NCBI GenBank assembly: GCA_008632985.1
Contig: QPGO01000127.1
Coordinates: 124,001 to 188,000, forward strand
DNA from: Psammoneis japonica
Lineage: Eukaryota
Length of the DNA: 64,000 bases
Direction of reading: 5' to 3'
Positions 57,826-64,000 of the stretch are shown piece by piece. Made by a program: the position numbers and the translations under genes. Position 1 is the stretch's first letter. The number at the start of each line of letters is the position of its first letter. A model generated the notes under the pieces. The model was not told where the DNA came from. It saw only the letters and a list, made by a program, of their open reading frames with translations, and did no database searches.

Positions 57826-58970
57826 TTACTCTTGTGTCAGAATGCGTGGCTTGAGAATGACATAACCCTTGTCTTCGCATGACTCGACGTATCCCGCAAA
57901 GGGTTCTGCTTCTTCAAACAACTCTTGTCTCATGGCTAGCAATTGGTGACAATACAGTACCGTCATTTCTTGTTCCACTTCAATTCCATCCAGTTCCAAA
58001 GCAAAAGGATCTTCAATGAGCGCAATACTTTCAAAGAGCGCCGTCAGGGCGAGCGACGTAAAGACACAAAACAAAATGCCCACCGCCAAGGAATTCAATT
58101 CGTGCGCCAGTTCGGCATAGTAGGGAGCATAAAAGGGTGGAAACAGCACCGAAAAGAGTCGTGCAAAACTACGCAACGCTTGGGGTGATCGATAATGCTT
58201 GAGCATTCGAAGCTTTTCCAAACGCTCCACCACCATGCGTTCCCATTGACGCAACCGTGTCGCCTCGTTGGGAGGGAGTCCCTCTTGTTTTAATACTTCA
58301 CAATACTTTGACAACCGTCCCATGCGTCTCAGAATTAAATCAAATAATCGAAATGCCACTTTTAACGTGGCGGCTGCTTCTCGTCGTCCATTGGGCATGA
58401 TGCGATGCCGTGCTCGACTATAATTGGGAAGCGTCAAGAATCGACCAAGTTCCTTGCCAATGCCAATCATTTCGACCAAGACCTCATCCGAGTGTTGCAA
58501 TGAATCCAAGACGTACCAGCTCGACCACTATTGGCCTTGTCTGCCTTTCTCCAATCCCAACAAGCATGAGCAATGTACAATTCCAACATGGTTGCTCGAA
58601 TCGTTGAAATGTGATCGAGTCCCTGTTCTCGTCGGGAAAAGGTTATGCCAATCGAGCCGACATGGGTGTAATGATGGCAAACGACAACAAAACAAAGTCC
58701 ATGGCGGTTCCGTTAAAGCTAGCTGTATCTTGTGTCGCATAGTACGTGTAGAGCGTCAAACATATACTGAGCGTTGTGCTGAGCACCGTTTCCAACGAAA
58801 TCAAATGCAAGACAAAAATACCAAGAGACGAAAAGGCATTTTGAAGAAAGAGTGAAATGGGATTGTGATGAGCGTTTCGACGGACCTTCTTCACTTTGTT
58901 GGAGTGATGTTGTAGTTCTGGTTGCTGTCGTCAAGGGACGACGGCTGTCTTCGTTGGAGGATGTCGTCAT
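57826..58970 (-). CDS. Bestrophin-like membrane protein (several 1-nt frameshifts in this assembly)
   Basis: TM pairs; F.RREQ.L; YRSPQALRSFAR.F....PPFYAP; LIEDPF...LDGI. Frame breaks near 58900, 58655 and 58510. Confidence 0.6.
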
Positions 58971-59216
58971 GGTTGATGTTCTGATTTTTTGGGCGGGAAA
59001 CGACCTGGAATTCCATGCGCGCGTTCGCGGCAAAACTTTGCGCCACAAACCGTGGAACACACTGCCTACGTACAGACGACTATCTGGCCGTGGTGCTATT
59101 TCCACGTAGATTTTGTACTGATTTTGTACTGATTTCCTACGTACGTTGAATTTGCGGTGGTGCACGGATCGGATTTCCAAAGATTTCCAAAAAAAATTGC
59201 GGGAAAACCATAAACC

Positions 59217-60782
59217 ATGGCGGACGACGATTTCATTGACGTTTCTGTCGCCCAAGATGGCGGAGTCAAAAAGCGCATCCTCCAACAAGCACCCGACGAT
59301 GCCAAGGGGCCGCCTGAAAAGGGAAACATTGTGACGGCTCACTACACGGGTACGTGATTATGAAAACGTGTTTCTCAGTCGAGCTTTTCTTATGGTAGAT
59401 CTTGTTGTTGTACTGAATTCATGCCTTACACTTACTCCTACTATACCCAATACTATCATATTATAGGCACACTCGCAAGTGACGGTTCCAAGTTTGATTC
59501 CAGTGTCGATCGAGGCAAGCCGTTTGAATTCACCATTGGCGAAGGAAATGTCATTCGTGGTTGGGATGAGGGATTTGCCACCATGAAGGTGGGCGAAAAG
59601 GCCTTGTTGGAGATTAGCAGCGACTACGGTTACGGCGCCGCGGGATCACCACCGAAAATCCCCGCCAATGCCACACTCCACTTTGAAGTCGAGTTGTTGG
59701 GATTCAAGGAGAAACAAAAGGAAAAATGGCAAATGACAGACGCGGAGCGAATCGAACTGGCCAACAAACTCAAGCAAGAAGGAACGGCTCTCTTTCAGAA
59801 AAAGGAATTTGCCGAGGCTGCTGAAAAGTACAAGGAAGCAGCCAACATGGCGGTCGGTGAAGGCATCAAGGGTGAGGATATTCCACAAGACGAACGTCCC
59901 CTTTTCGTGTCGTGCAATTCCAACGCAGCCATGTGCCTGATCAAGCTGGAAGAGTATCAAGACGCCATTGCCGCTTGCAATCAAGTCTTGGAATTGGAAC
60001 CCAAAAACATCAAGGCCCTCTATCGTCGCGGTGTTTCCTACATGCATACCGATCTCATGGACAATGCGAAAAAGGATCTCTTGGCAGCATACGAGTTGGA
60101 CAAAACCAACAAGGACGTGCGTCGTGCTTTGCAGGAATACAAGCAAAAGGCTGCCGCTCTCAAGAAGAAGGAAAAGCAAGCCTTTGGAGGTATGTTTGGT
60201 AAAGTCAGCATGTACAATGACAAAAAGGGTGTCATTGTGCCCAATGCGGACGGGAACAATCCGCACGTGTATTTTGATATCAAACACGGTGACGAGAGTC
60301 TCGGTCGAATTGTCTTTCAGCTATATGCCGACATTACTCCCAAGACGGCTGAGAATTTCCGTGCTCTTTGCACCGGAGAAAAGGGCAAGGGAACTTCGGG
60401 ACACGAGTTGCATTTCAAGAATTGTACCTTTCATCGAGTCATTAAGGACTTTATGATTCAGGGCGGAGATTTTACAAAGGGCGATGGTACCGGTGGAGAG
60501 AGTATCTATGGCGAGCGCTTTGACGATGAAAACTTTGTCATTAAGCACACCAAGGGTGGACTGTTGAGCATGGCGAATGCGGGAGTAAACACCAATGGAA
60601 GCCAATTCTTCATCACGAGCAAGGATACGCCGCATTTGGATAGCAAACACGTTGTCTTTGGCCATGTTGTGGAGGGAATGGATATTGTGCGAAAAATTGA
60701 ACTGGTTGAAAAAGGAGAGAATGACAAGCCTCTTGTGGATGTCGTCATTGAGGATTGTGGGGAAATTGATTACAAGGAATAA
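59217..60782 (+). CDS. FCBP: Dual-family immunophilin: FKBP - TPR - cyclophilin, 2 exons
   Basis: [82 protein letters not shown]. Intron 59350-59466. Confidence 0.95.
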
Positions 60783-61732
60783 GAGTGTCCTAGAGAATAC
60801 TTTCGAGTGTGCTCCATAAGACGCTCATCGTAGGCTCCTTGTACCAAGCATTTGTCATTCAGTAGCTTTAATTCACACTCCTGTACAAGTGATAGTCAAT
60901 TTTGATTCTTCTTTTGCCGCTCTTGTTCGCAAGAGTGGTGGTGGCGTTTTTGATGTTTGTCATCTTCAGTTTTGAAGGATGAATAATGTACTCAACGGAA
61001 AGAACGGTTGTTTTCGCGCCACAAATAATTGCGTCCGCGAAAAAGCGCGGAACGGACAAATTGAGCGCCAAAATTCCGACACATTTCAATTTATGGACAC
61101 TACATAACGCAGCATGTACCCATCATCGCAACATGCCTCCGTCGTCCAAAGGATGAGCTGTAGTTGTAGTGTCCTTTGCATTGAAAATGCATATCTGGCG
61201 ATGTGTCAATTGCATATTTTTCAACAACGTGCAGAACGCGCCAACACGCTGCTGCCAGAAGGTGAGGCGCAAAAAACAATGATTGCTGTACTAGGAGCGC
61301 ATTGCGAGGTTGCTTATGTTTTACAGTACGCTTCCATGATATAATAAATTCTTCTAGATCGGGACACAAGAAGCTATTCGTATATTCGCGAAAGATGCAT
61401 TTTTCTCATTGTTTCACCGTGAAGGAATCAATGGGATAGCGGTTGATGTAGCATGTAGCATCAGAGGAAACGGACTGCTGTATTACTGGCTGTGAGTGCC
61501 ACTTATTTTATTTCAGTTTGTTTGTGATATCACCACAGTGACTAGCGTGTTACAATCCTGTCCAAAGGTCTCTTCAGTATCGGGAATTGAACAAGAAAAT
61601 CCCAAAATGTTTGAGCGAAAATGCATCATCGACTTGATGCATGTGCGTCCATCGCAGGCATGTCTTATGGATCACTTCAAAACCCAAAACGAAACAAGGG
61701 TTCAAAAAGAAGGGCACGTATGATCCATCTTC

Positions 61733-63181
61733 ATGCTAATATCTTCTCTCGACATGACTTCTTCTCCCCCCAATGTCGTCACACCCGAAAAGCAATCACC
61801 GAACGATGATGCGTGTGAGAAGAGCGTTTGCGTTGCTGGTGGCGGTCTCGTGACCAATTCTACTTTAGGAAGTCAGAAAGGTATCGACCCGCGGTCTGAT
61901 GAATCTTATCCATCGCCAATAGAGGTGCAGTGTGATACCAGTGAATATGCTACTCCCAACATTATTTCCCCGGTGCAAGCCGGCGCCAGCGCAATACGGG
62001 GCGCTGCCGATTCGAAACGCAAGGAAAAGGTCCCCTATAAAGTGAAAGAACAGGCTGGTCTCAGGGCTGACGAGACCACCAGAGATCACCCAGCCAGTGG
62101 ATTCCACCAACACGATCGTCTGAATCTTTTCAGATGGATTTTATCGGAAGAAGATCTTTTGTTAGAAACGATGCAGCCGGACAACGCTTGTCCGTTCCCT
62201 CGGCGTTCTTGGTTGGTGGCAAATGCGAGCTGCATTTTCGTTCAAACTATCATGATCTACCTAGTCGTTGTCATCATTACGCATCTTGTCAAGACTGTCA
62301 TGTTCACAAGGAAGTCTTGTGCATCAGATACCAGTGTCGGATCAAGTACCACCGCAGCTGTAGATCCTGTGAAAGAAAAGCTCGACACGAGTCGTACTCT
62401 ATTCATTGACGGCGACTACGACGGTGCCTTGGAGGAACTCTACAAGGGCCTTGCTATTTCTCAAGAAGCCTTGGAAAAGGCACAGATTGACTCGGCTACT
62501 TGTCACAATGACATTGGTGTTATTCTTCAAAAGCAAGGTAATCACAAGCAAGCCTTGAGGCAACATCGCAAGGCACTCGCCATGTGCAAGGCCGTCTTTG
62601 GCAAGACCCATCCAGACGTTGCGGAATGCCACAACAATATCGGTTTGGTATTTGAAGAGCAGAAGCGCTACGATGAAGCCTTGGTGCACTATCACAAGGC
62701 ACTTTCAATCCACAAGGCTGTCCGTGGCAAAAATCATCCCGACACTGCTTCGAGTTACAATCACATTGGATTGGTTCTGAACCGGCAAGGCAATTATACT
62801 GCCGCCTTGGAAGAGTTTGAAAAGTCACTATCGATTCGCAAATCCACCCTTGGTAAGGATCATCCCGACACGGCTGAGAGTTACAAGAACATTGGCGTGG
62901 CTCTGGCCAACTGGGATGACTACAGTGCGTCCGTCGTGGAGCTTGAAAAGGCGCTTGAGATTTGTCAGGCCGCCGTGGGCAACGACCACCCTGATACTGC
63001 AATTGTACACTACAGCATTGGCCTGGCTCTTGCTAAAGAAGGCAGCCATGTGGATGCCTGGGCTTCGTTTCGAAAGGCTCTAGCCATTCGTGAAGAGGTT
63101 TTGGGACTAACCCACCCACAAACCGTGGCTACTCGTAAAAGCATGAAGGAAATGGAAACAAAAATCCGTTTATGCAGCTAG
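61733..63181 (+). CDS. TPR-repeat protein (kinesin-light-chain/nephrocystin-3-like 42-aa repeats) with one TM segment
   Basis: Repeats G..HPD[TV]A..Y.NIG......G.Y..AL..F.KAL.I. Start uncertain (61733 or 61754). Confidence 0.85.
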   Translation: MLISSLDMTSSPPNVVTPEKQSPNDDACEKSVCVAGGGLVTNSTLGSQKGIDPRSDESYPSPIEVQCDTSEYATPNIISPVQAGASAIRGAADSKRKEKVPYKVKEQAGLRADETTRDHPASGFHQHDRLNLFRWILSEEDLLLETMQPDNACPFPRRSWLVANASCIFVQTIMIYLVVVIITHLVKTVMFTRKSCASDTSVGSSTTAAVDPVKEKLDTSRTLFIDGDYDGALEELYKGLAISQEALEKAQIDSATCHNDIGVILQKQGNHKQALRQHRKALAMCKAVFGKTHPDVAECHNNIGLVFEEQKRYDEALVHYHKALSIHKAVRGKNHPDTASSYNHIGLVLNRQGNYTAALEEFEKSLSIRKSTLGKDHPDTAESYKNIGVALANWDDYSASVVELEKALEICQAAVGNDHPDTAIVHYSIGLALAKEGSHVDAWASFRKALAIREEVLGLTHPQTVATRKSMKEMETKIRLCS

Positions 63182-63312
63182 AAGAAAATCCTTAGTAGTG
63201 AAAACCATACGGTAATTAGCAAGATGGTTACATGTAATGTATGTATACTGTAATCCTCAGTGCACTCGACAACTTATATATGATATAGCTAGCACTTTCC
63301 TTGTTCGTCCTG

Positions 63313-64000
63313 TTATGAATTATTCCGGCTATTACTGCGAGACAAACTTGAATCCAACAATGGCGGCATGTTCGCCTTTTCTTTCAGTGTTTCAATTTCT
63401 CTTGTCAATATTTCAACACACTCATCCATTGTTGGTCTCTTTTTTGCATTGCTATCCCAACACCTCTGCACAAGATCCTTGAGTGCCCCGGGCCATTTGG
63501 GATCGACGGGTGGGCGTTGGTTTCCAATCGCGACATGACGGAGGTGCGCCGTCTTGGTTAAAATGTCATTAAAGGGACTGCTGAGCGCCAGCACTTGCCA
63601 AAGCAACAGTCCAAAGCTGTACACATCCACCTTGTAATTGTATCTACGACAGAGTGCCACTTCGGGAGCCATGTACCGCCGACTGCCCGTTTCTGCCGAC
63701 AACTTGTACACATCGTCCGCGGACCACGTGTCGAGGTGTTTGGCGAGTCCAAAGTCAAACAGCTGAACGTCACCGTCCACCGTCAGGCCACAATTTTCGG
63801 GCTTTAAATCTCGAAACATAATGTGGTGTTGGTGCAAGTATTGAAGAGCCGACGCCAAATCCAAAGCAACGGTCAGCCGTTCGCACAAAAACAATTGTCG
63901 ATTGCGTCGCAACGAAAGGGGCATGTAAAGACGAGTCAAGCGTTGTTTGGAATACTCTTTCCATACTCGCAAACGCTTGTCCAGAGTCGAGTGTAGCAAA
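63313..64000 (-). CDS. Protein kinase (TKL-like), C-terminal part; 5' end outside the window
   Basis: YLH...IMFRDLKPEN, DFGLAK, TGSRRYMAPEV, DVYSFG, CW....KRPTM. Confidence 0.9.
   Translation of the reverse strand, partial: LLHSTLDKRLRVWKEYSKQRLTRLYMPLSLRRNRQLFLCERLTVALDLASALQYLHQHHIMFRDLKPENCGLTVDGDVQLFDFGLAKHLDTWSADDVYKLSAETGSRRYMAPEVALCRRYNYKVDVYSFGLLLWQVLALSSPFNDILTKTAHLRHVAIGNQRPPVDPKWPGALKDLVQRCWDSNAKKRPTMDECVEILTREIETLKEKANMPPLLDSSLSRSNSRNNS

Overview
Eukaryotic genomic DNA, most likely from a pennate diatom: short GT-AG introns, a frustulin-like gene, helicase-associated (HA) repeat proteins and RxL pro-peptide sites. About 19 recognisable genes: OAH/OAS sulfhydrylase, organelle-targeted GlnRS with an OB-fold, DNA polymerase lambda, an actin fused behind a signal peptide and pro-domain, three GT23-like fucosyltransferase paralogs, an MDR oxidoreductase, a subtilisin, a frustulin-like protein, an FkbM-like methyltransferase, a VMO-I protein, an HXXXD transferase, an ANK/EF-hand/adenylate kinase, an HA-repeat protein, a bestrophin-like protein, an FKBP-TPR-cyclophilin, a TPR protein and a kinase. 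The most striking signal is non-coding. Five sharply bounded domains (~16 kb, about a quarter of the window) are almost purged of TpA and, in their cores, also of CpG, and are rich in TpG/CpA. Dead copies of two host genes lie in these domains, and alignment by eye to the intact parents shows the direction of change: CG->TG/CA and also TA->TG/CA. This points to a domain-restricted hypermutation process with an A-to-G (T-to-C) component at TpA that 5mC deamination cannot explain. Second highlight: a full-length 375-aa actin released at an RKL site from a secretory-type precursor. Many 1-nt frameshifts at short homopolymers suggest imperfect long-read polishing. All calls were made by eye; no searches were run.
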